A DNA stretch of 53,764 bases, taken from positions 1-53,764 of the forward strand of contig MRSU01004923.1 of NCBI GenBank assembly GCA_008369845.1. The letters run 5' to 3'. This document shows positions 23,855-35,100 of this stretch, piece by piece; position 1 is the first letter of the stretch; each line of letters opens with the position of its first letter. The notes below the pieces were generated by a model. It searched no databases. It was not told the DNA's origin and saw only the letters and a list, made by a program, of their open reading frames with translations. Made by a program: the position numbers and the translations under genes. The DNA comes from Trichomonas gallinae (Eukaryota).

Positions 23855-26800
23855 TTATTTTCTAGCTGCAGCAAACTTCGTGTATCCTGGGAGCTTCGCC
23901 TTCTTGCATGCGTGATTGAAGTATTTGTCATTGAGGATGATCATTCCTCTGTTTGGATCGTTGAAGAGCGGCTCAACGAACTGTGCGAATCCAGGCAACT
24001 TCGCTGCGACTTCCTTCGTGGTTCTGATTGTCTGCACAACATAATAAACCATGTCCGGAGAAAGCCTCAAGTTCATGATCACGTGCATGACGTTCTCAAC
24101 GTATTGAGGTTGATTGACTCCCGGCAAGATTGTCCTGCAGATCTCATCAGGTGCTGGGCAGTTCTGTGCGATGCTCTTTATCTCTTCTTTGACGGTGTCG
24201 AAGATGTGTGGCTTGACGATTATATCAAGTCCTGTCTCGAAGAAAACGCCAGCGAAGTTTTTGTCATCCTTCAATGACTTAAACAAGGTCTGCACATTAA
24301 ACTTCCTCAACAAACTCAAAGCCAACAGATAAAACGCTCTTGTCCTGTTATAGTCATCGAACACGTATTCGTCAAACTCAACGATCCTCGAGATTGTCCT
24401 GTCCTGGTTGTTGATGTCGTTCTTGATGGACTCACCGAAGTGAGAGAAGAAGATTGGCTTCTCGATCTCAATGTCGACTCTCTTGTAGAACAAAAGCTCA
24501 GGAACGAAATTCGTCGGCAATGAAGACGCTCTCGTGCAGTTGTCCTCTGTGTACTGGTAGAATCCGCCGGAAGAGTTTGTCACAAAAGCGTTGTAGTTCT
24601 TCCTGTCGCTTCTCTGGAACGCAACAACAGCGTGGAGCTCGTAAATTGTAGCAGTGTGGTTGTCTTCGATGAACTCCTTGAAATCGACTTTCGGTGGCAC
24701 GCTCATAGCCCTGATCTCGTGGTCCTTCGTCGGCGGTTCTAAGTGAATGGCGAGGAGTGGAGGTGGATGACCCATCTTCCTCTTGTGGCCGTTGATGTTG
24801 AAGAAAGTGTTAAGGAATGACCTGTAAGCGTCAACGAGCTTGACTTCGATGACATCGTAAATATCTTCATCGCCAATCATGAAGCATGTCAATTGCCTGA
24901 TTTCTTGTGGCAAAAGATTGATAATCCTCTTGTATACATCTGTGACTTTTGTAATTCCTGACATCTGCTTTGAAAAACTGCTCTGGATGACTGGATTATA
25001 TGCGAAAGCAATTCTAGTCAAGTCCATTGAATAATGAGACACAGGGAGAAGTGTCGTTGAGACATATACTACTGGAAGATAATTTGCCAATGCGTAAAGT
25101 GTCGAATTAAGTGATGGGCATTCGTCGAATTTTTCGAGTATTGTTCTCTTTGATGACGCTGGCGTTGGCTGCGCTGTATCTATCGCGTGTAACAATGGGC
25201 CGCATCCGGATTTGTATCTGCTGAAGAAAAGCCTGATAGCGTTGTCTGATCTCAAGTAGTATGGGAAATCACTCGACAAAAAGTAAGAAACCATGTCAGC
25301 ATTGATTTGCGGCAACATTGGAAGGCGTTCGAAGATTAATTCAACGAGTCTTGGTGTGCAGCTGCCTGTGTCGACAACCATCTTGAATCTTCCGTAGACT
25401 TCTAAAGCGAATTCATCAGACCAATCTTTAATCTTAGGAATAATCTCCTGCATTGACTCTGCCGTGCAGCACCTCAAGCAAGCTGATATCTTAGCGTTAT
25501 CATAGTCGCCTGTTAAAAGGAAATCGACAGCAGTCATCGCGAAATCTCTTGTTGTGCCTCTAAATGTCTGTACTAAGTCGCTGATTGCAGCTGGTTTGTC
25601 AGCCGGATACATGCCGACGGCCAATTCGAACAAATCCTTATATCCGCACATAACAGCGAAATCAGCAACTACGTCGAGATTCTGTCTGTTGACGTCGATT
25701 GGGCAACGCTTGAATGTCATGAGTGCGATTAACCTCATTACGTACATGTAACCAACGTTATTCGAAGCAACTGAAAATACATCAAGTAAACATCTTGCGT
25801 TTGGCTTAAGAAGTGCGAAGAAAGTATCAGAAGCGTGAATAATGGCAGCATCAAGTATTACTGCTCTTTCTATCAATGATGTTGTTTTAATTTTCTGAAT
25901 TAATTGTTCATCGTATGTGTAAGTTGGCTTATTTTGGATGCAATGGATAGCAATCATCGCCTCTGGTGTTGTTTCGAGCTGATCGTAGAAAATCTTCGGA
26001 TTAAATTTAGAAAGATCGAATTTCTTCATGATAGCAGCGAGCATTTTCGAGTTAGGGCTCTTAATAATCATCATTACATCGCTTGCGAACTGCTGTGGGT
26101 TCACCATTGCATATCCTGAGAAGAATCTGACTGCAAGTCTCAAATAGAATGGAGCACCAATAGTATAGGACATGAAAAGCGCATTCCACATGGCATCTCT
26201 GTGCTTTGGATTGTATGGTGGGTGTGAAATCGCAAGATATCCGTTTTCTGTGAGAAATGCATCGAAAATCAAGGAAAGTGAACCGGAAGTCCTAGGCAAA
26301 GTTGGTGAAACTTCAAAAACCCTGTCGAAAAATCTCTCCCTGATGAAGTTATAGACCAAAGGAGAGCCATCTGATGCTTTAATCACTGCATTGAGGTCAA
26401 GAACAGGAATTAAGTTATGATCGTTGAGTATCTTGATTATCTTGTCGCCGGTTATGGTCCTGATGATGATCCTGAAGATTTTATTCCTGTCGACGATGTC
26501 AACTAATTCACTTGCACGAGAAACCAAGTCTAAAGTGTCGTAGTTCCAGTCCTTGTTGTTGTCCAAGTAGATCATCAAGGAATTAGCGAAGAAAAGCTTG
26601 AATTGGTTCAATGCGCATATTTGAATAAAAACATCTACTTCATCTCGTGGCATTAAGAACAAAATTGTGAGTAAATCATCGCCTATTGTAGGAATAGATG
26701 TCGGATCAAGCACTGGGAAGAGTTTAAGCATGAATTTGAAGTTTTGTTGAATATTTTCACGCAGATACATATAAACCTCAGTGAAATTCATTGCGCTCTG

Positions 26801-27850
26801 GAGAATTGGGAACAAATTTTCGATGATGTAAGCGTTGTGGACAACGTGCTGATAAACAAATTCTTTATCTAAGAAATCTGAATTCTCAAGGTACTTTGTT
26901 GTAGCGATAATGAGATCTGCAATCACATTAATATCTGTCTGTAATAACAAATTTAAGATGTGGCCGCAAATTTTGTCGATTACTGGATGATGATTTGTTT
27001 GCTTTGTAATTTCGACCATTTCTTCGATGATAAGAGAAGGCTGATTGGCTGAAGCTGCTGCTGTCAAACAATTGCTATACAATGTCGATGAAATATCCAA
27101 ACATTGATCTTGTACAGAGATGCAGAACATTAATCTCGTCAAATGAATAGCAGAAAATCCTTCGTAGCGTTCATCATTCTGGTTTCCTAGGTTTGCTGCG
27201 AACCAAACTCCTAAAAATAGCCTGAAATTATCATCCATCGAGTTAAATGATGCATATAGGAACTGGATACAGCTATCAACCTGTGAGAAGTCTTGAGCGT
27301 TTAAAATTGTCGATAGTAAAACTGAAAAATATCCTCTTCTGCCAAAATTCTGGCAAGTTAATGCAATGAAATCGACACCAGACTCCAATTTCTTGCCAAA
27401 CAGGCAGTCGTGTGGGTGTGCAATGTAACCCTCGTAGGCTCCGCTCATCAAAGCGTTGTATTGCTCAGATTCGACTGGTGTAAGGTTTCTAAACTTAGTT
27501 AAGAAGTCGCTATCGCTGAATAACAGGAGAAGGAGGTCGACATACCCTGGGTTTTCGTTGAGTAAATTGTAGCCAACGAACTGGATGATGTAAATCGATA
27601 AAACTCCGACTGCTCCTGGCGAGCAATTCTTAAGCATTAGGACAATTGCCTTCTGGAAGAACTCGTACAAGTAAGGAACTTCGTTTTTAAGCTGCTGGTT
27701 CAATACTCGCTGATTTTGAATTTGATCGAAGAGCCCGGAGAGCCAAGCATCGAGCTCCTTCACCACAGACGGCCTCTTCTCTGAAAGGCCTTCTAAAAAA
27801 TTCTCACAACGCTCGTGTATGTTCTCGAGATCGCGGAGAATAGTACTCAT
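23855..27850 (-). CDS. Large helical protein with a degenerate USP/UCH-like domain, 1331 aa
   Basis: Long ORF with biased codons; Cys-box-like ECPSLNSTLYAL, PPPLLAIHL, His-box-like YELHAVVAFQ..NYNAFV..GFYQYTED, ELLFYKRV. Confidence 0.7.
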   Translation of the reverse strand: MSTILRDLENIHERCENFLEGLSEKRPSVVKELDAWLSGLFDQIQNQRVLNQQLKNEVPYLYEFFQKAIVLMLKNCSPGAVGVLSIYIIQFVGYNLLNENPGYVDLLLLLFSDSDFLTKFRNLTPVESEQYNALMSGAYEGYIAHPHDCLFGKKLESGVDFIALTCQNFGRRGYFSVLLSTILNAQDFSQVDSCIQFLYASFNSMDDNFRLFLGVWFAANLGNQNDERYEGFSAIHLTRLMFCISVQDQCLDISSTLYSNCLTAAASANQPSLIIEEMVEITKQTNHHPVIDKICGHILNLLLQTDINVIADLIIATTKYLENSDFLDKEFVYQHVVHNAYIIENLFPILQSAMNFTEVYMYLRENIQQNFKFMLKLFPVLDPTSIPTIGDDLLTILFLMPRDEVDVFIQICALNQFKLFFANSLMIYLDNNKDWNYDTLDLVSRASELVDIVDRNKIFRIIIRTITGDKIIKILNDHNLIPVLDLNAVIKASDGSPLVYNFIRERFFDRVFEVSPTLPRTSGSLSLIFDAFLTENGYLAISHPPYNPKHRDAMWNALFMSYTIGAPFYLRLAVRFFSGYAMVNPQQFASDVMMIIKSPNSKMLAAIMKKFDLSKFNPKIFYDQLETTPEAMIAIHCIQNKPTYTYDEQLIQKIKTTSLIERAVILDAAIIHASDTFFALLKPNARCLLDVFSVASNNVGYMYVMRLIALMTFKRCPIDVNRQNLDVVADFAVMCGYKDLFELAVGMYPADKPAAISDLVQTFRGTTRDFAMTAVDFLLTGDYDNAKISACLRCCTAESMQEIIPKIKDWSDEFALEVYGRFKMVVDTGSCTPRLVELIFERLPMLPQINADMVSYFLSSDFPYYLRSDNAIRLFFSRYKSGCGPLLHAIDTAQPTPASSKRTILEKFDECPSLNSTLYALANYLPVVYVSTTLLPVSHYSMDLTRIAFAYNPVIQSSFSKQMSGITKVTDVYKRIINLLPQEIRQLTCFMIGDEDIYDVIEVKLVDAYRSFLNTFFNINGHKRKMGHPPPLLAIHLEPPTKDHEIRAMSVPPKVDFKEFIEDNHTATIYELHAVVAFQRSDRKNYNAFVTNSSGGFYQYTEDNCTRASSLPTNFVPELLFYKRVDIEIEKPIFFSHFGESIKNDINNQDRTISRIVEFDEYVFDDYNRTRAFYLLALSLLRKFNVQTLFKSLKDDKNFAGVFFETGLDIIVKPHIFDTVKEEIKSIAQNCPAPDEICRTILPGVNQPQYVENVMHVIMNLRLSPDMVYYVVQTIRTTKEVAAKLPGFAQFVEPLFNDPNRGMIILNDKYFNHACKKAKLPGYTKFAAARK

Positions 27851-28179
27851 AATAAAATTTATAAATTAAAAAAAAATTGAGAAAGAAAAAGGTCATATGT
27901 TTTATATACTAAATAAACTATTTTTAAAGGAAAAAATAGTTTACATTTATTTGCCACGTAAAAGTGATTTAAAAACGGGTAATTTGACATTTTATATAAA
28001 TATTGAGAGGTTTATAAAAAATCTTTGACAAGTAAAAATAAAAATAAAAAGTTTTTGCGCCGGTGGATCATTTTTGGATCTTTTGATGATAAGCATCCAT
28101 ATATAGAGGTTAGCTAAAATCTTACTACTGTATTAGAATTGGCGAAACTGTAAAACAGATATATCGAACACATAAAAAT

Positions 28180-28740
28180 AAAATAATAAGAATTTTGACA
28201 TGTAAAATATCTTGAAAAGCAATATAATGTCATTGTTTGACATTTCCCATTATATTTCGCACGAAAAAAATCAACAAAATAAAAGCGAAATGTCATTATT
28301 TTGACATGTAAAGTTAGAATTTAAATACTCTAAAAGTCATAAAATCTTAGATTTCTTTAATTTCTTTCACAAAATTTAAAATGTAAAAAAATAAAAATAA
28401 AATTATTTTGACATGTAAATTAATAATATTATTTGTATAAATTAAATTCTCAAAAAATTGTAAAAACTAGATTTTGTTGGCTTTAATAGAATAAAATTAT
28501 TTTGACATGTAAAGTAATCAAATATTGGTCGTATCAATTAAATTCTCAAAAGTCGTAAAAACTCAATTTTATTTGGCTTTGATCATGATTTATAAAATAG
28601 AAAAAGCAGAAAAAATAAAATTATTTTGACATGTAAAATTATAAATTTTAGTCATTAAATATAACATTACTTATTTGGCTGTTATCATTATTTTAAAAAT
28701 GAAAAAAAAATCCCAAATAAAATTACTTTTGACATGTAAT
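28180..28740 (+). repeat. Degenerate tandem array, six units of ~94-124 bp, each with the core TTTTGACATGTAA
   Basis: Cores start at 28193, 28299, 28406, 28500, 28624 and 28727; units also share AATAAAATTA and TTAAATTCTCAAAA...TAAAAACT...TTGGCT. Confidence 0.9.
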
Positions 28741-30086
28741 AATGATTGACAAATATTGCTAAATTTTTTTGCCACGTGAAAATTACTCTTAAATTTGGAT
28801 TACTGGGAAATAGAATGAGGTTGGAGTTTTTAACTAATCAAACGAATTTCCAGTGATTCTAAGACATGTAGGACCATCCATTATGATATAGGATGTTGGT
28901 TTCACTCGAACATTTTGAATCAGGGATGTATATTGTTTTTATTTGATAATCTGCATCCACACTATCTATGTGTTTATTTATCATCAACTAAATATGAAAT
29001 ACACAGTCAAATCATCTGCCATTCATATTAAACATGTTCTAGGCAAACTGAATACGAAATCGTTTACATCTATATATACCTATTATAATAGCAATAATAA
29101 CAGTTAAACAAACATAATTATTAATCACATTTAGTAAATCTTCTCATATAGATTGGTAGGAAGTCCTATTTCGAGGACGAATATAATACCTATAACCTCA
29201 AAACACGTGTAATTTTGATAACCAAAAAAAAAAAAATATTGATTTGTAATTTTTTTTTATAACTAAATGCATCAAATAATGCCAATAAACGCTTTAAGAT
29301 ATTAAGAATCATGGCACAAAGGTTCAAATTCAGTTTGAGAAAAATCTTGACAGCCAACTCCTCACAAATATTTGGGAGACTCCTCAGAAAGTAATCGGAA
29401 ATGAATTCTATAAGTTTTGGTCATATAAAATTTACATGTAAAGACAAAAAAAGAAGTAAACAAACAACATACGATCATATTTTTAAAGCAATTTTTGTCC
29501 TTTCCCATTTTTATTATTTCATTAAATAAAATTGATATCTAGGCCTTTAGGAATAGTTTAGACTTTTATTGTTTTTATGTAATTACGAGATTTTGAAAAT
29601 AAAAATTCGTCAAAACTAGCCAGAAACGAATCTATAATTGTGAGAACCAATGCCAATAATGTTTAGCGAGAGATGAGCTAGCAATTCTTTTATTTTCATA
29701 CGATCAAGACATGGCCTATCTTCCATTCAATTTTCATACAATGTCAAGAAAAAACTTAAAATGTTTCGCAATTTGGTATATAGCTTGCTAAAATGTTTTC
29801 CATTTTATGTAAAGATAAATTGTAAAAAATTATTTTCCAATCCCATTTGAAGCTAAAGTAATCTACACATTATAGGGAGCATTTTTCATAGTCGGTTATG
29901 AAAAAATTAATAACGGGGATGATTTTGCTCTGAAATGGGACCATGATTTGCCAGATTATTTATAATATTAATCTAATAGCTTTAAAGTGTATGTTTTGTC
30001 CGAGGCAGCGCTTTGAAACTGATTTCACAATTGTTAATATTGAAAAAAAAAAGATTTCTATTGAAAAAATCGTTTCATCTTTTTTT

Positions 30087-31487
30087 ATGGGCTTTCAGCT
30101 CGCGATCTTTGTTGTGGCATGTGTTATGCTTGCCACAGGTACAATCAACACCACAGCATCAAAGGTCATGTACCAAACTAAAGCAACAAATTACTGGGGA
30201 GAACCTGAAGTGTACGATAAGCCTTGGCTTTCAACATTCGTTATGTTCATCGCCGAAGGTCTCTGTATGATCTACTATTTATTGTTCGTTTTGTACTTCT
30301 GGTGTACATCACCAAAATCTGACGCAGCAACTGACCAAAAGGACCCACAGATTGCCAAGGACATCGAGGCAAGCAAGAAGAGTACTCAGAACAACAATTC
30401 CGACGAAGATAAGAAGGAATCATCAACAAATTCTACAACAAATGAAGAAAAAAAGGAATCTTCAGATTCAGCACCTGATGAAAAGAAGGAAGAAGCAGCT
30501 GGAGAAGAAAAAGTCTCCATGTCATTCGTTTCTCGCGAAGAAGCTTTAAGAAACCCAACAGGCGGACTAAATTGGTGGTTCCCTCTTTACGCAACACTTT
30601 TCGCATCTCTTGATACACTCGCAACAACATTTTCTGGCATCGGCCTTGTTTACTGCAACGCCTCAATCATCGCTATTCTCCGTGGCTTCTCGTTAGTTTT
30701 CACTCTCCTCTTCGCATGGCTCTTCATGCATCGCAAGCCAAGGCAGTTCCAGATCTCTGGCGTCATTCTCGCTTTGATCGGTTTAGGCATGATTGGTGGA
30801 TCTACAGTTGGCGCAGATATGACAACAGGCGACTCACCAACATTCCCAGCACAAGCTTTAGCTGGTATTGGCTTAACACTTCTCGGCCAGGTCCTTTCTT
30901 CAATACAGATGGTTCTCGAAGAGAAACTCCTTAAAGGTGTCATTTCTCCAATCCAGCCACTCTTCCTCGTAGGCTCTGAAGGCGTCGCTGGCTTAATCAT
31001 CACTGGCTGCATTGTTCTTCCAGTCGTCAACAAGATCCACGGCTCAGATCATGGCGTCGTTGAAGACCTCAAGAACTCTGTATATATGACAGTCCACAAC
31101 AACCAAATTCTCGGCCTCCAAATCTTAACAATCATTTCGATCGCTTTCTTCAACTGGTCTTCTTTCGTTTACTGTCGCTATGTTAATGCCACATCTCGTG
31201 CCCTCCTTGATGCTTGCAAGACAATCGTCATCTGGGCTGTTATGGCTATTGTTTACTACGCTACAGGACATGAATACGGAGAAGCACTCAACTGGTGGAC
31301 ATTCCTTGAGTTCGCTGGCTTTATTTTCATCTTCTTTGGAACACTCGCACATAATAACATTGCTAAGATTGGTGACAAATGTTCAAAGATTATGTGCTGT
31401 TGCTGCTACCATCCAAGTGATATGCTTGATGAAGAGGAGGACCAGAAGGAACTCTCCGATTCTGAAGCACCTTGTGCCGAACTTTAA
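30087..31487 (+). CDS. SLC35F/DMT-superfamily multi-pass transporter (nucleotide-sugar transporter-like)
   Basis: About 10 TM segments; YDKPWLSTFVMFIAE, NASIIAILRG, QMVLEEKLL, LVGSEG, ATSRALLD; likely start is Met49 of the ORF track. Confidence 0.85.
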   Translation: MGFQLAIFVVACVMLATGTINTTASKVMYQTKATNYWGEPEVYDKPWLSTFVMFIAEGLCMIYYLLFVLYFWCTSPKSDAATDQKDPQIAKDIEASKKSTQNNNSDEDKKESSTNSTTNEEKKESSDSAPDEKKEEAAGEEKVSMSFVSREEALRNPTGGLNWWFPLYATLFASLDTLATTFSGIGLVYCNASIIAILRGFSLVFTLLFAWLFMHRKPRQFQISGVILALIGLGMIGGSTVGADMTTGDSPTFPAQALAGIGLTLLGQVLSSIQMVLEEKLLKGVISPIQPLFLVGSEGVAGLIITGCIVLPVVNKIHGSDHGVVEDLKNSVYMTVHNNQILGLQILTIISIAFFNWSSFVYCRYVNATSRALLDACKTIVIWAVMAIVYYATGHEYGEALNWWTFLEFAGFIFIFFGTLAHNNIAKIGDKCSKIMCCCCYHPSDMLDEEEDQKELSDSEAPCAEL

Positions 31488-32156
31488 TAATATTTTCTAT
31501 CCCTTTAATATTATACTATACATGACCAAAATTGCTAATATTATGTAAACGTATATTGCGGTATAAATATGTAACATATTTATCATGTTCTTTGCAACAT
31601 TGAAAATTTCATGAAAGAATAAGAAACATTACGCACATATTTTTCTGCATGGATATGATAGATATATTCAATGTGAATCCAAATCGTCTGAATTTTATTG
31701 AAAATCAATCCATTAATTTTAAAAACAAAATTTAACATGATAAATATTATTTTTATTTACTAAACTAGAGATTTCAGTTCTTTTTTCATGATTTTGATAA
31801 GAAAATCAAAAATTTGACATGTAAACTTTGGTTGTCAATAATTGGTGATTAAAATTCAATGAAGTGCAAATAGATGCATCTTGTGTGGAACTAAACATGT
31901 GCAGTCTTAATTATGTAAAATTTTCGTTTTTTGAAAGTTTATAAAGAAATTCAAAAATTAATTCCATATATGAAATATATATTATATATAAATAACAAAA
32001 ATCATAATGAATATGATCAATAATTGAAATTCGAGTAAAAATTTATCAAAAACGCGAATTAATTGAATAAATCAAATATTTGTGATGTGTAGATAACAAA
32101 AATTATGATAAAATTTATGAAAAATAATAACGAATGACACTTTTTTGATACGTTAG

Positions 32157-35100
32157 ATGACTGACTTATGGGATTTCTCGGATCTCATACAGAGTTGGAA
32201 CATCAACGGCACTCAAGTCAGCGAGCCCAAGGAAGACGAACAAAGGCTCGTTGAGCAAATGCAAAAAGAAGTGCAAGATATCAATACTTTAATCGAAAAA
32301 ATACAAACAAATGATATGGAGTCAATATCTGAGCTAGGATTACTAACAATTCCTAAAATACCAGAAGTTAGTTTATCAGTTGGCGTTTTAAGCGGCTCTG
32401 ATGAAAAAATTGTCGAAAATCCAGAGAAAATTAACGTAGGAATGAATGATAAACCTGTAACTATGACAACTACAAAGAATATTTCTCAGAAATCGCCAAG
32501 AATCATCAAACCGAAGACTCCACAAAAAACTCTTTCAAGAACTTTCGAAAAATCAGGTAAAATTGCAGCAGAGAAGTCTCCATCAACAGAAAATCTTAAA
32601 CCTGTCTTCAAAGCTACACCAGCAAATATGGAGGTCGTCAATTTTCATTTATTCCAATTATATTCACAAGAATTTTACCTGCAAAACGTCGATTTCAAGA
32701 CACATGGCTTCCAGGTTAAGTTCCCTGATGATCCTGCTTTCTCAGTTCGCTTCGAAGACTCAAGCGTCAGTTCTCGAACAATTTCTGGTCTTGGAATTAA
32801 ATTCACAGTTAACTTCAAGCCAACGAATCCTCAGGATTATGATCAGGAGATTGTTTTCATTCCAGATAACGGAGCTCAGCCAACAATTGTAAAATTACAT
32901 TGTTATCGTGATCCACCGCGCCTTAAGCATCCTGATATTGTCGATTTAGGAGCTACACTCGTTCATTCACTCAAACCTGGTAAATTCACAATTAAAAACG
33001 ATGGTGGAATTGCATTCTTCTCATTTTCATCGCCAACTGGTCGTGATGACAACATGATGTTCACAAATGGCTCATTTACACTCATTCCATCGCAATTTCA
33101 GCTTCAACATGGCGAATCTAAAGAAATTGAAGTTAAATTCCGTCCAGTTGAGCCAGGAAAGCATACAGCATCATTTGAGATTGTTGCTGAGCATTTCCCA
33201 CAAAAATTCTCATTCCTCGCTGTTGGAGAAGCAGCTGTTCCAGACTTAAGATTCTCAATTTCCGATGACACACGTTTATTCCTTCCTTTCTTACCAGAAG
33301 ACGTCAATACAACACGTGTTGTAGAGATTGTCAACAAAGCGGACGTCCAATATCCATTTTATGTCCAAATTTTATCTCCAAGAGAAGGAACTCGCTCAGA
33401 TCTCGCAATTCTTTATCCAGGGACCAACACACAGATAGTCAAGAACATGCCGCCGCCGTTTATCGTGTCCCCACTCGCAGGAATGGTCGGCGCACACGAT
33501 AAAATCACGCTTAAAGTTACTTTTTCGCCAAAAATGTTCGCATTCTATAAAGCAAACATAGTCATCTCCGCGAACAGGATTCCAGATGAAACCGGCAAGC
33601 AGACGAACAGGAAGATGCTCACCATTGCAGCTGAGGGTACTACTGGCCCGCCACGCGTCTTGATTCAGCCGCCACTCGTCTTGTTTAACTCCGTTGTTCC
33701 TCACGTCGAAACTACTGAGTCGATTGATGTCGTCAACGAGTCCAACCTCGACATCAAGCTGCAGTGGCACAAGTCTAACACGATCTCGCCGTCCCCGCTC
33801 GTCTTCAACGTGCAGCCGAACAACCGCGCAGCAGTCGACTTGATCTGCAATTTGACAAAGAGAATCGGCTTAGCCGGAGAAAATCATTCACCAATCAAAA
33901 GTGTCGCGATGACATGTTCTACTCCTGGCGAGCAGAGGCCTTCTTCGAGGCACTATTCTATATCAATGAGCGCCTTCCAGGATGAAAACGAAGCAAAAGT
34001 CACAGAAGTCAACGAAAAAGGTGAAGACAAAGTTGGCGAACTCAACGAAAACGGCGAAGAAGACAAAAACGAGAAAGATGAGATGCCGAACATTTTCGCT
34101 CTCAAGCACTGGTCATCTGAGATTTCTAAGTCTGAGCTCTCTACATCAGTCACAAACCTACAGCTCACACTCGACATGCAGGACGAATCAATGCGCGCGA
34201 AAGATGACGTCAAACCAGTACCACCTGAAAATTCGACACCGATGAATTTCACTTTTGCTACACACGTTTTGCAGCCGAATCTCGTTTTAGATCCACCTGT
34301 CATTGAGTTCGGATCGGTACTGACAGGAACAGTTGCAAAGCACACATTGACTTTAATCAACAACTACGGCTGCCCGATTGTTTACGTCATCGAGTATCCG
34401 CATGATCCGGCATGGAATATTTCGAAGCCGAAATTTGTCGTGCAAGCGAATTCAAAGGAAGAAGTTCCAATGGAATTGAAGTTCGACACACAGACTGCTC
34501 TATCTGATATTATCACTCTTCACACTTGGTGGTGCAACAAGAGCGGAACACCAATAGATGGTCTTCCACATTCAACTTTCGCCATCCCGGTTTTCGCAAT
34601 CTTCGACTCACCAATCATTTCTGTAGATAAGAGAATCGTCGACATCGGTGAAGTCTACCCGACAGTTGTTTATGACACGGAGATAAAGATCTCTTTGATG
34701 AACTCATTCCCGACACAATTCAACGTCGAATGTCCTAGCGGAACAACTCAGCTCAAGTTGCAGGGCCCAGAAGATGAATCGATTGAAGAGGCAGAAATTG
34801 ACTCAGCTTATTATGTTCAAGCCTCTCCATCTGTTGGCAAGCTCGATCTTGGCGGTGAGCAGGTTATTAAGCTGAGAGTTTGCTTCGCTGAACTAGGAGA
34901 CAGAGCGATGCCAATCAAGATCAAAATACTCGGAAAGACATATACTGTTGCTGTTATCGCGAAAGTTGTTGCTCCAAAGGTTTCTCTTTTGACGAGAAAC
35001 GTCGACTTCTCGAGCGACTTTGTCATCTGCAAGGAGTCGAAGTCTCTGATACACATTGCAAACGAGTGCGAGGTTGAGTCCACTGTTCGCATGCAGATGA

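Noticed and set aside
28180..28740. CRISPR array interpretation of the repeated core
   Set aside because: The core is short, linkers are 80-110 bp and homologous to each other, no cas genes are present, and the context is eukaryotic
29943..30086. N-terminal extension of the transporter ORF (also 45659, 47480, 50764, 38749, 38377 starts)
   Set aside because: AT-rich promoter-like sequence; downstream ATGs fit Inr position or protein features better
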